NCBI GenBank assembly: GCA_964574525.1
Contig: CAZNOE010000003.1
Span: 1-45,893 of the forward strand
DNA from: an uncultured Bifidobacteriaceae bacterium
Lineage (GTDB): Bacteria; Verrucomicrobiota; Verrucomicrobiia; Limisphaerales; JADLHS01
DNA length: 45,893 nt
Direction of reading: 5' to 3'
Positions 26,607 through 35,342 of the stretch are shown one piece after another; the stretch's first letter is position 1, and every line of letters starts with the position of its first letter. Under the pieces are notes generated by a model. It was given only the letters and a program-made list of their open reading frames with translations. It had not been told where the DNA came from and did no database searches. A program made the translations under genes and the position numbers.

Positions 26607-27275
26607 ATGCCTGATTACGCTTTGATGAACCAGTTGCTCTACGAGGGCAAGGCCAAGGAGATTCTGGAAATGACCGAGAAGGCAATCGCGGACGGTTTCC
26701 CCGTGGAGGAAGTGCTGAACGAAGGTTTGATCGCCGGCATGAGTGTCGTGGGCGAGGACTTCAAACGCATGGTGCTCTACGTGCCCGAGGTGCTGATTGC
26801 CGCGCGGGCAATGAAAGCGGGCCTCGCGGTATTGAAGCCGCTGTTGACGGCCGGCGGCAACACCTCTTCCGCCGGCGTGCTGGTCATGGGCACCGTGAAG
26901 GGTGATTTGCACGACATTGGCAAGAACCTCGTGTGCATGATGTCGGAAGGCGCGGGCTTCAAAGTCGTTGATCTGGGAGTGGATCAACCGGTGGAAAACT
27001 TTCTCGCCGCCGCGAAGGAACACAATGCGGACATCGTCGGCATGAGCGCGCTGCTGACCACCACGATGGGCTATATGAAAAATGTGATTGATGGTTTCAA
27101 AGCAGCCCAGTTGGATCACGTGGCGATGGCGGTCGGCGGCGCCCCTGTGAGCCAGATGTTCGCCGATGAAATTGGTGCGGATGCGTACGGTTCAGACGCG
27201 TCATCAGCAGTTGGTAAATTCAAGGAACTCGTCGAGCAGAAAAAGACGCCACCAGCCCAGATTGCGGCTGCTTAA
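26607..27275 (+). CDS. Corrinoid (cobalamin-binding) protein: B12-binding cap helix bundle plus Rossmann B12-binding domain
   Basis: ATG at 26607 is preceded by AAGGA with an 8-nt spacer. The DxHxxG motif appears as GDLHDIGKNLV, followed by GMSALLTTT and AVGGAP. Length is 222 aa, typical of MtaC/MtbC/MetH-Cob modules. Confidence 0.9.
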   Translation: MPDYALMNQLLYEGKAKEILEMTEKAIADGFPVEEVLNEGLIAGMSVVGEDFKRMVLYVPEVLIAARAMKAGLAVLKPLLTAGGNTSSAGVLVMGTVKGDLHDIGKNLVCMMSEGAGFKVVDLGVDQPVENFLAAAKEHNADIVGMSALLTTTMGYMKNVIDGFKAAQLDHVAMAVGGAPVSQMFADEIGADAYGSDASSAVGKFKELVEQKKTPPAQIAAA

Positions 27276-27282
27276 ACCAGCC

Positions 27283-27543
27283 ATGGCCACTTATCAAATC
27301 CTGTCATGGAAGTCGTTGCCGGCCCAGGTGCGCGTCGAACACGGGGGAGATGAGGTCAGCCTGGAGTTGGATCGGCGCGCGCAGGAACTCATTGACGCTG
27401 CGGCCGTGAAAGACGGCCTGACGGATCCCGATGCCTACCTGCAACAGTGGCATTGGAGCGAACCGCAGGAACGCGCGGGTTCGGCCCAGGAAGTGGCCGC
27501 CGCACTAAAGCGGGAATTGGAAGCCCAACTCGGTTTGTGCTGA
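27283..27543 (+). CDS. Small conserved-looking protein (86 aa), possibly of the 'virulence factor' PF13769-type family that accompanies MTHFR_C genes
   Basis: ATG at 27283 lies 7 nt after the upstream stop and ends 6 nt before the next start. MATYQILSWKSLPAQVRVEHGG...DPDAYLQQW resembles, from memory, the ...YWRDIPAQV...DAYL..W pattern. The family assignment is recall only. Confidence 0.5.
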   Translation: MATYQILSWKSLPAQVRVEHGGDEVSLELDRRAQELIDAAAVKDGLTDPDAYLQQWHWSEPQERAGSAQEVAAALKRELEAQLGLC

Positions 27544-27549
27544 AGCAAT

Positions 27550-29238
27550 ATGCAATCGCTAGCGGAAAAAATGCTCCGCGACGGGCAGTTCCTCTACGGG
27601 GTTGAACTGGTTTCGACGCGCGGCACGATGGCCGAGGAGTCGGCGCTGCGAGTCCGCCGATTTGCGCAAGACCTCGTGGACTGCCCGTGGGTGGACTGGG
27701 TTTCCATCACCGACAATGCCGGCGGCAATCCAATGATGGGCCCAATGGCGCTGGGCAAGCCGAGCATCTACGCGGGAAAAGAGGTGGTCATTCATCTTTC
27801 TTGCAAGGATTTCAACCGCAACGGTCTTGAGCGCGAAGCCTGGCAGCTCGCCAGTGAGGGCTTTCACAACATTCTGGCGCTGACCGGCGATTATCCCGTT
27901 GCCGGTCACGAAGGCCAGGCCAAGCCGGTGTTCGACATTGATTCGGTGGCGTTGCTCTCGATGCTCCGCGAGATGAACAACGGACTGGGCGTGCGGAAAA
28001 ACTGCGGCGAAAACCCGTCGCGCCAGCTCGGCAAGACCCAGTTCTTCCTCGGTGCGGTCGTCACCAATTTCAAGCTCCACGAAAACGAGGTCGTCCCCCA
28101 ATATCTGAAGCTGGAGAAAAAGATCGCGAACGGCGCCCGCTTCATCATCAATCAGATCGGCTTTGATTCGCGCAAAATCCACGAGTTGCTGCTTTACCTG
28201 CGGCGACGCGAACTGGCCCACGTGCCCCTGATCGGCAACGTCTATCTGCTCAACCATCGCGTGGTGGAATTTTTTCACCAACAGAAAATTCCCGGCGTTG
28301 TCATTTCGGCGGAACTCGCCGCGCTTTGCCGGCGACGGGCGCAGTCGCCCGACCGGGGCCGGGCCTTCTTCCTCGAACTGGCGGCCAAGCAGAGTGCCGT
28401 TTATCGGGGGTTGGGTTATCGGGGAGTCTATTTTGGCGGCGTTCATTGTTTGGGTGATTTGGAATTGATTTCTGAAATCGAGAAAACATTTGCGATGGAT
28501 GATTGGAAACAGTTCGCCAAAGAAATCCGCTTTTCGCGGCCTGGCGAGTTTTTCCTTCTGGCCGAAGACCCGGCGACCGGCCTGGCGGACCCGCTCCGTT
28601 TGAATCCGGAGTACGAGCAATCGCTGCGCGACCGTCGCCCTTCCCGGCATGTGACAGTCAACTATCGCCTTTCCAAGTGGATGCACGATCGGCTGTTCAC
28701 GCCGGGCCGGGGTTTGCACAACGTCGGAGTGAAGATTTTTCAGAACGCTTCGGACACCACCCAAGGACCGAAACTCCTGCGCATGATCGAGCACGCGAGC
28801 AAAGCCGCGATGTTCGGTTGCAAGGACTGCGGGGATTGCTCCCTGCCCGAAATCGGCTATTTGTGTCCGGAGTCCGCCTGCGCGAAAAATCAACGCAACG
28901 GTCCGTGCGGTGGCACGCGCGACGGCAAATGCGAGGTGGATGACTTTGATTGCATCTGGAGTCGCGCCTACGACCGGAGCAAATACGAAGGCACCGAGCA
29001 GGAGTTGCTCGCCCACGCCCCCGTCATTCAGGATCAAGGACTGCGCGGAACGTCGAGTTGGGCCAACACCTACCTGCAAAGAGATCACCTTGCCCGGCCA
29101 CGCGCGAATGGGGGCAACCCACCCGAACCAAAACAACCATCGCCGAACCAGCCGGAGAATCCTCGACTGCGGAAGGAAGCTGCTCAACGTCAGAAAGCAA
29201 AGCTCGATGAGGAAGCCCAAGTCTGTTTGAAAGATTAG
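27550..29238 (+). CDS. Methylenetetrahydrofolate reductase (MetF-like) fused to an MTHFR C-terminal Cys-rich (MetV-like) domain
   Basis: ATG at 27550. N-terminal TIM-barrel pattern YGVELVSTRG...HLSCKD...LALTGDY. The C-terminal Cys cluster is GCKDCGDCSLPEIGYLCPESACAKNQRNGPCGG...CEVDDFDCIW. Confidence 0.8.
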   Translation: MQSLAEKMLRDGQFLYGVELVSTRGTMAEESALRVRRFAQDLVDCPWVDWVSITDNAGGNPMMGPMALGKPSIYAGKEVVIHLSCKDFNRNGLEREAWQLASEGFHNILALTGDYPVAGHEGQAKPVFDIDSVALLSMLREMNNGLGVRKNCGENPSRQLGKTQFFLGAVVTNFKLHENEVVPQYLKLEKKIANGARFIINQIGFDSRKIHELLLYLRRRELAHVPLIGNVYLLNHRVVEFFHQQKIPGVVISAELAALCRRRAQSPDRGRAFFLELAAKQSAVYRGLGYRGVYFGGVHCLGDLELISEIEKTFAMDDWKQFAKEIRFSRPGEFFLLAEDPATGLADPLRLNPEYEQSLRDRRPSRHVTVNYRLSKWMHDRLFTPGRGLHNVGVKIFQNASDTTQGPKLLRMIEHASKAAMFGCKDCGDCSLPEIGYLCPESACAKNQRNGPCGGTRDGKCEVDDFDCIWSRAYDRSKYEGTEQELLAHAPVIQDQGLRGTSSWANTYLQRDHLARPRANGGNPPEPKQPSPNQPENPRLRKEAAQRQKAKLDEEAQVCLKD

Positions 29239-29242
29239 AACC

Positions 29243-30163
29243 ATGCCGGCACCCCGAATACAAATCATCGGCGAATTGATGAACCACTCCTTTGCCCGCG
29301 CCCGGCGCGCGTGGCTCGATCGCGACATCAAGGGCTACCAGAAGCTGGCCCGGGTGCAGGTTGATCTGGGCGCGAGCTTTCTGACGCTGAATCTGGACGG
29401 CACCCAAAATCTTCAGGTTCGACCGGAGGAGATGCTGGCCTTCCTGCCCGAATTGATCCCTGGAATTCAGGCGGAAGTTTCCGTGCCGCTCTCGTTTGAC
29501 AATCCGTGGGTCGGCTACCACAAAGTCGCCTTGCAGCATTATGATCGTTCGATTGGCGGTCCGCCGATCATCAACTCGCTGGCCGCCTCGCGCAAGGAAC
29601 TCAACGAGATGATTGAGCTGGTTGGCGAATTCGACACGTGGGTGATCGTGATGGCGTCGGAGCGGTTCACTCCCACCGGCACGGCGCAATGCCTCAGCGC
29701 ACCGCACGCCTATGAAGCCACGCGCCAGATGGTGGAACTCTTGCGAAAACAAACCGGTCGTCGCAATGACCAGATCATCGTTGACCCCGGACTCGCGCCT
29801 GTCGGCGCGGACACTTACGGCTTGGTGAACATCGGGCTGGATACGATCCGCCTGATCCGGAAGGACCCGGACCTTGCCGGAATCCACATTTCCGTCGGGC
29901 TGACCAATTTCTCCTGGGGCACGCCGATGGAACTGCGGGTGCGGCTGGAGCGCGCCTACCTGACGCTCGCCGCGGAGGCGGGACTCGACATGGCGCTCGC
30001 AAATCCGGAAAAAAATCCCCAACCGCTGGAACCGGAGGATCCTCTCGTCGCGCAATTGCGTCGCGCCTTGGAAACCGGCCGGCCGCAGGACGGCGAGACG
30101 CAGGAACATGCGGGCTATCGGCAGGCCGAAGGCATCATGGAGATCTGTAACGATGCTCTCTGA
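29243..30163 (+). CDS. Pterin-binding (dihydropteroate-synthase-like) methyltetrahydrofolate:corrinoid methyltransferase
   Basis: ATG at 29243 lies 4 nt after the upstream stop. IIGELMN, FLTLNLDG, LSFDNP, IINSL, IVDPGL and SVGLTNFSWG match the MeTr/AcsE/MetH-folate-module barrel pattern. Confidence 0.8.
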   Translation: MPAPRIQIIGELMNHSFARARRAWLDRDIKGYQKLARVQVDLGASFLTLNLDGTQNLQVRPEEMLAFLPELIPGIQAEVSVPLSFDNPWVGYHKVALQHYDRSIGGPPIINSLAASRKELNEMIELVGEFDTWVIVMASERFTPTGTAQCLSAPHAYEATRQMVELLRKQTGRRNDQIIVDPGLAPVGADTYGLVNIGLDTIRLIRKDPDLAGIHISVGLTNFSWGTPMELRVRLERAYLTLAAEAGLDMALANPEKNPQPLEPEDPLVAQLRRALETGRPQDGETQEHAGYRQAEGIMEICNDAL

Positions 30164-31481
30164 AGCAGCCACTCAAATCTCCGAGCACGAACTTTCCCGC
30201 AAGCTGTCTTCCGCGCGCGGGCCGGTGTGGCTTCGCGTGGGCACGCTCCTAGACGGCGTCAGTTCAACACCAATGCGCAGCGCGCATCTCGTTTACGATG
30301 ACAATGGGATCCTTCATGTCGGCGATGAAGCAACGCCTCCACCGACGGATTTCTTGAAGCCCGGCCAGCTTGCGCCGGACCACGATCTGCCGGAGTTCAC
30401 GGTGTTGCCCGGCTTGGTTGAAGCTCACGCTCATCTGTTTCTGGAGGGCGGCGAACTTGATTTTGTGAAGCGGAAACTTTACCTGGCCAAATCTGCCGAC
30501 GACCTGCTGGCGCTCGCTCAGCCGCGTCTTGCAACACTTGTTCGCTTGGGAGTCATGGCGGTACGAGACGCCGGCGACCGCCACGGCGTTGGCCTACGGC
30601 TCACTGAACTTTTTCGTGACTCAGCGCAAGCAACCCGCGCAGAGGCGTCCGCCTACATTGACAGCCCCGGGGCCGCGATTCATCACCGGGGCCGCTACGG
30701 TGGCTTCATGTCGCGCGCGATCGAGGACTACGCTTCCGCCGAAGCCTGCGTGGAGGAACGCATCGCGGCCGGCGCCCACCGCATCAAACTTATTGTCTCC
30801 GGCATCATCAATTTCAAACTGGGCTGCGTGACCGATCCGCCGCAGATGCCGCTCGCCGAAGTCGCTGCCCTCGTAAAAGCGTCCCGCAGCCGCGGCCGGC
30901 AGACCTTCGCTCATGCCTCGGGAACGGAGGGGATTGAAAATGCGCTGAACGGCGGGGTGGATTCTGTGGAGCACGGATTCTTCATCACCCGCGATCAACT
31001 TGCGCGGATGCGCGACCAAGGTATCGCGTGGGTGCCGACCTTCGCGCCGGTGCACGCACAAGTGGATCACGCGCAGCGAATGGGCTGGGATGAAGTGGTC
31101 GTGGGCCATCTGCGGCGCATTCTGGACGAGCACGCGCGCAGTCTTTCGCTCGCTGCGGCGATGGGTGTGCAAGTCATCGCTGGCAGCGATGCCGGCTCGT
31201 GCGGTGTGCCGCACGGCCTGGGATTACTTTACGAATTGGAATTGATGGAACGCGCAGGTATGTCGAGCCTGGCCGTCCTCAACGCGGCCACCGGCGTCAG
31301 CGCGCAGCGTCTGGGGTTCGACGAGCCGTTCGGCATCCTGGAGCCGGGCCGCAAGCTGCGCCTGATCCTGACGCGACACGATCCTCGGGAAACCGTGACC
31401 AATCTCCGGCGCGAAAAGATTTGCGTGTTCGATGGCCAGGTGTTCGCCGCGCCGGCGGCGGCGCCCATCGCGGGGCTTTGA
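30153..31481 (+). CDS. Amidohydrolase-superfamily metallohydrolase, substrate unknown
   Basis: ATG at 30153 gives an 11-nt overlap with the upstream gene. An alternative ATG is at 30108. LPGLVEAHAHLF (HxH), FAHASG, SVEHG and AGSDAG are the canonical metal and catalytic strand motifs. Confidence 0.75.
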   Translation: MLSEAATQISEHELSRKLSSARGPVWLRVGTLLDGVSSTPMRSAHLVYDDNGILHVGDEATPPPTDFLKPGQLAPDHDLPEFTVLPGLVEAHAHLFLEGGELDFVKRKLYLAKSADDLLALAQPRLATLVRLGVMAVRDAGDRHGVGLRLTELFRDSAQATRAEASAYIDSPGAAIHHRGRYGGFMSRAIEDYASAEACVEERIAAGAHRIKLIVSGIINFKLGCVTDPPQMPLAEVAALVKASRSRGRQTFAHASGTEGIENALNGGVDSVEHGFFITRDQLARMRDQGIAWVPTFAPVHAQVDHAQRMGWDEVVVGHLRRILDEHARSLSLAAAMGVQVIAGSDAGSCGVPHGLGLLYELELMERAGMSSLAVLNAATGVSAQRLGFDEPFGILEPGRKLRLILTRHDPRETVTNLRREKICVFDGQVFAAPAAAPIAGL

Positions 31482-31529
31482 GAATGATGATGCATCTCCG
31501 CACGGTTCGGCCATATACTTGAGTCAAGC

Positions 31530-33179
31530 ATGCCTGTCCAACTCACCATCAACTCACAGACTCTCGAGGTTGCTGCCGGGCCATCGCTCTTCGACTGCGC
31601 CGAGCAGTTGGGCGTTCATGTGCCAACTTCCTGCCACAAACAGGGCAAGTGTCGTGAATGTCTGGTGGAAGTGGTCGAGGGGATGAATTTGCTCTCGCCA
31701 CTTTCTCCGGAGGAAAAATATCTCAAGGAAAATTTCCGGCTCTCGTGTCGCTGTCACATCAAAGCCGATGCCGGGGCGGTGCACTGTCACACGATGCGGC
31801 GCGGTCGGATGCAGATCGAGGAACATGCCAGCGGCCTGCGGGACACGACTGCCATCGCACCCGATCCCTCGGTGACGCGCGACGGCGAATGGATTCTGCT
31901 CGACGGCGAGCCGCTCACGCGCGCCACTGGGCCAATCCACGGCCTGGCGATGGATCTGGGCACGACGACGGTGGCGTTGCGGCTCATGAATCTGGAGTCG
32001 GGTGAACTGGTGGCGCGGAGCGCGTTTGAAAACCCGCAGCGCTTTGGCGGCTCGGACATCATGGCGCGGATTCATTTCGATACGCACAACCCGGGCCGGC
32101 TGCTGCAACGCACGCTGCTCGGCTACCTTCAGCACGCCATCGAGGAATTTCCGGTTGATCCGCAAACGATTTACGAACTGGTTGTGTCGGGCAATTCCAC
32201 AATGCGTGATCTGTTCTTCGGACTGAATGTTCACAGCATCGGCCAGAAGCCTTACCATTCGTTGACTCAAGTGGAGTTGCTCGCGGGCCAACGAACCTCC
32301 ACCAGCCTGTCAACCAAAGCGCGCCAGTTGCGTCTGCCGATCCATCCCGACGCGCGCGTCTATGGCCTGCCGCTCATCAGCGGTCACGTGGGTGCGGACG
32401 CCGCCGCCTGCCTGTTGGCGATGGACCTGGCGAACGAAGAACGGCTCGTGGCGCTGATGGACATCGGCACAAACACCGAACTCATTCTCGGCAACAAGCA
32501 CAAGATCATGGTGGCCTCCTGTCCCGCCGGACCCGCGTTCGAGGGCGGCGGAGTGGCGTGCGGGATGCCGGCCTTGCCGGGCGCCATCGAGCGGATCACC
32601 CTCCTCGACGATGGCCGGATTGAAACCCGCGTCATCGGGGACGCGCCACCCGAAGGCATCTGCGGCTCCGGTCTGGTGGATCTGTTGAGCGAACTGCTGC
32701 GCACCGATCGGATGAATGCGCTCGGCCGTTTCGAGCACGGTGAGGACGGCTTCGTCGTGGATGCGAAACATCAAATCATCTTCCGCGAGCGGGACGTGAG
32801 CGAGCTGGCGCAGGCGAAAGGCGCAAACGTGGCGGGCTTGCACATCCTGTTCAAGAACTACGGCGTGCGGTTTGAGGATGTGGAAGTGTTTTATCTTGCG
32901 GGCGGCTTTGCGCGGCATCTGGATATTGAGGCGACGCGGCGAATCGGTTTGGTGCCGGCCATCGAACCGTCACGCATCGTGCAGGCGGGCAACATGTCGG
33001 CGCAAGGCGCGATGCTGGCGCTGCTTTCGCAAACCCGCCGCGAGCAACTGGAACGCTTGGTCCGGGCCGCAGTTCATGTGGAACTGGAAACGGACCTGGC
33101 TTTCTTTGATTACTTTGTCGCCGGCTGTCAGTTCCAGCCGGTGGAGTCGCTCGGTCAATTCAGTTCCGCCATTTCTTAG
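31530..33179 (+). CDS. RACo-like corrinoid reductive activase: N-terminal plant-type [2Fe-2S] ferredoxin plus an ASKHA ATPase domain
   Basis: ATG at 31530. SCHKQGKCRECLV...LSCRC gives the Cys4 ferredoxin pattern. GLAMDLGTTTVALRL and LMDIGTNTELILG are ASKHA phosphate-1/2 motifs. ICGSGLVDLL is typical of RACo/DUF4445 proteins. Confidence 0.85.
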   Translation: MPVQLTINSQTLEVAAGPSLFDCAEQLGVHVPTSCHKQGKCRECLVEVVEGMNLLSPLSPEEKYLKENFRLSCRCHIKADAGAVHCHTMRRGRMQIEEHASGLRDTTAIAPDPSVTRDGEWILLDGEPLTRATGPIHGLAMDLGTTTVALRLMNLESGELVARSAFENPQRFGGSDIMARIHFDTHNPGRLLQRTLLGYLQHAIEEFPVDPQTIYELVVSGNSTMRDLFFGLNVHSIGQKPYHSLTQVELLAGQRTSTSLSTKARQLRLPIHPDARVYGLPLISGHVGADAAACLLAMDLANEERLVALMDIGTNTELILGNKHKIMVASCPAGPAFEGGGVACGMPALPGAIERITLLDDGRIETRVIGDAPPEGICGSGLVDLLSELLRTDRMNALGRFEHGEDGFVVDAKHQIIFRERDVSELAQAKGANVAGLHILFKNYGVRFEDVEVFYLAGGFARHLDIEATRRIGLVPAIEPSRIVQAGNMSAQGAMLALLSQTRREQLERLVRAAVHVELETDLAFFDYFVAGCQFQPVESLGQFSSAIS

Positions 33180-33180
33180 C

Positions 33181-34437
33181 GTGAAAATTTTCGACCCCAA
33201 TCCAAAAGTCACCGTGACCGATAGTGAGTTTGGCCGGCTCCTGGGTTTTCCTCCCGGTCAGGAATGGGGAGAACGGGTGATCGAACTCGCCGCCTGGGCG
33301 CGTGAGTGGTACGCCGCGCACGGAAAACCCTGGGTCCATACGCACGAGGCGGAAGCCATTGAGGTCGGCGAAAATTCTGTGCGGGTGGAGAATATTGAAT
33401 TCAAGAGCCGGGAACTGCGCGACCGCTTGACGAAGGCCAAGGCCGCGGGCGCGGTGCTGGTCGCAGCGGGTGCCGGCGTCGAGGCTGAGGAAGAGGCGCA
33501 GCAACGATGGAAGACAGACCGTCCGGATGAATATTTTTTTCTGGAGGTCTATGCTTCCGCCGTCGTGGAGCATTTGATCACCACGACCGGCGCGCGTTTG
33601 TGTGACTGGGCCGATCATCAGAAAATGGTCGTGCTCCCGCACTACAGTCCGGGTTATCCGGGGTGGGAATTGGAGGATCAACACGCGTTGTTGACGCTGC
33701 TCCGCCGCAGCCGCGAGCCGTTTCCGTTGCATCTCGAAGTGCTGGCTTCGGGCCAGTTGCGACCCAAGAAATCGCAGTTGGCGTTGTTCGGCCTGGCGGC
33801 GAAAAATTCAGCGACGCCGCAACCGGCGGAATTGATTCCGTGTCACCATTGCAGCTACACGCCCTGCGCTTATCGCCGCGCTTCGTATCGGGAAACGGCT
33901 TATTGCGTTGATGGTTCACCGGTGCCAGACGGCGCCCCGCTCAGGCGCAATGGCATCCCCAAACCCGTCGTGCCTTTGAAACGGGGCTTTCGGTATTCGA
34001 TCGGCGAAAAGGCTCTCCGCCGGTGGGCCGAGGAATATTTGCAAATCGAACCGGCTGCGAATGGCGACCTTCGCGCGCGGTTTCGTTATCACGGCAGCAC
34101 TTGCAGCAACATGGGCACGCCATTGGCGTACGATTTCTCGGTTTGGTTGGGTTGCGCCGCGGGCGGGTATCGCATCACAAAAACCGCTTGCGCGCCTGCG
34201 GTGGAAGATAGTGGCGTTGAAGCCACCTGCAGCTCTATTGAAAGTCCGGAGCGGCATCTCGCGGAGGTCGCGAACCAACCGCCAATCATCGGCCGCCATC
34301 TGGACGATGCGGTGCAATGGTCGCCGGACATTCTTCCCTCCGGTTGCCTGTGCAAGGAAACGGATCGTAATCACAAATGGAAACTCGTTCTCCAAACCCT
34401 CCATTACCGGCTGGCTCACCATGAAGAAAACGCTTAA
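33181..34437 (+). CDS. MetH-type activation (AdoMet-binding reactivation) domain fused to an unknown Cys-rich C-terminal domain
   Basis: There is no in-frame ATG until about aa 130. GTG at 33181 lies 1 nt after the RACo stop. The N-terminal ~200 aa (DSEFGRLLGFP...EYFFLEVYASAVVEHL...LPHYSPGYPGWELEDQ..L) match the Met_synt_B12 pattern. After that come CHHCSYTPC and about 190 aa with several conserved-looking Cys (HGSTCSNMG, SGCLCKE) that I cannot place. Confidence 0.65.
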   Translation: MKIFDPNPKVTVTDSEFGRLLGFPPGQEWGERVIELAAWAREWYAAHGKPWVHTHEAEAIEVGENSVRVENIEFKSRELRDRLTKAKAAGAVLVAAGAGVEAEEEAQQRWKTDRPDEYFFLEVYASAVVEHLITTTGARLCDWADHQKMVVLPHYSPGYPGWELEDQHALLTLLRRSREPFPLHLEVLASGQLRPKKSQLALFGLAAKNSATPQPAELIPCHHCSYTPCAYRRASYRETAYCVDGSPVPDGAPLRRNGIPKPVVPLKRGFRYSIGEKALRRWAEEYLQIEPAANGDLRARFRYHGSTCSNMGTPLAYDFSVWLGCAAGGYRITKTACAPAVEDSGVEATCSSIESPERHLAEVANQPPIIGRHLDDAVQWSPDILPSGCLCKETDRNHKWKLVLQTLHYRLAHHEENA

Positions 34438-35326
34438 GGAAGCGCTCAAAGAACGACGCCTCGTGTGCGATGGCGCGATGGGCACGCAGTTGATGCTCGC
34501 CGGCCTGGAGCAGGGCGCGTGCGGCGAGATGTGGAATCTCACGCACCCCGAACGCGTGCTGGCAATCCAACGCAACTACGTGGGAGCCGGTGCGGATTGT
34601 CTCATCACAAACACTTTCGGCGGAAACCGGCTCATGCTGACGCGCCATCGTCATGCACAAGACCTGGCCGAACTCAACCGCGCCAGTGCAAGGATCGCGC
34701 GCGCCGCTTTTGGCGACAAAGAGGGCTTCGTCCTCGGAGACATCGGGCCGGCGGGCGGGGTTTTGGAACCCTACGGTGATTTGAAGGCGGAAGATGTGGG
34801 CGCCGCATTCCTGGAACAGGCGAAAGCGCTCGTCGAAGGCGGAGTGGACGCGATCATCATTGAAACGCAGACCGCGCTGGAAGAATTGGGACTGGCCATT
34901 GATGCGGCCAAGGCGGCGGGCGCACCGTGCATTATCGGCTCCCTCGCTTACGACCGTTCGCCCGACGGAACTTTTTTTCGGACGATGATGGGTGTTTCAC
35001 CGGAGCAAGCGGCGGAATACGTCCAGGAAAAAGGCGTGGCCGTTGTGGCGCTGAACTGCGGCACCGGCATGGACATGGATGGGGCCGAACAGGTCATCCG
35101 CCATTACCGGGCGAATTCCAGTTTGTTCACGATGGCCCAGCCCAACGCCGGACTCCCTGTTTTGGAAAATCTCAAGGCGGTTTACAAGCAGACGCCGGAC
35201 GAGATGGTGGAACGCCTCCCGGACGTTTTGACCGCCGGCGCCAACATCGTCGGCTCCTGCTGCGGCAGTACGCCCGACCACACGCGAGCCATCCGTCGCA
35301 TCGTCAATCAATACAACCACCGTTAA
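34421..35326 (+). CDS. Homocysteine-binding S-methyltransferase domain protein (MetH Hcy-module / BHMT-like, zinc-dependent)
   Basis: ATG at 34421 gives a 17-nt overlap with the upstream gene. CDGAMGTQL, ITNTFGGN, IIETQ, ALNCG and GSCCGSTPDH include the three Zn-ligand cysteines of Pfam S-methyl_trans. Confidence 0.85.
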   Translation: MKKTLKEALKERRLVCDGAMGTQLMLAGLEQGACGEMWNLTHPERVLAIQRNYVGAGADCLITNTFGGNRLMLTRHRHAQDLAELNRASARIARAAFGDKEGFVLGDIGPAGGVLEPYGDLKAEDVGAAFLEQAKALVEGGVDAIIIETQTALEELGLAIDAAKAAGAPCIIGSLAYDRSPDGTFFRTMMGVSPEQAAEYVQEKGVAVVALNCGTGMDMDGAEQVIRHYRANSSLFTMAQPNAGLPVLENLKAVYKQTPDEMVERLPDVLTAGANIVGSCCGSTPDHTRAIRRIVNQYNHR

Positions 35327-35342
35327 TCACAAACCCAGGAAT

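Noticed and set aside
27559-29331. 590-aa minus-strand ORF antisense to the MTHFR-fusion gene. Similar antisense ORFs lie at 29024..30172(-) and 31554..32291(-).
   Set aside because: These are Arg/Gly/His-rich low-complexity translations with no motif, typical shadow ORFs of a high-GC coding strand. The plus-strand products carry clear family motifs and operon spacing.
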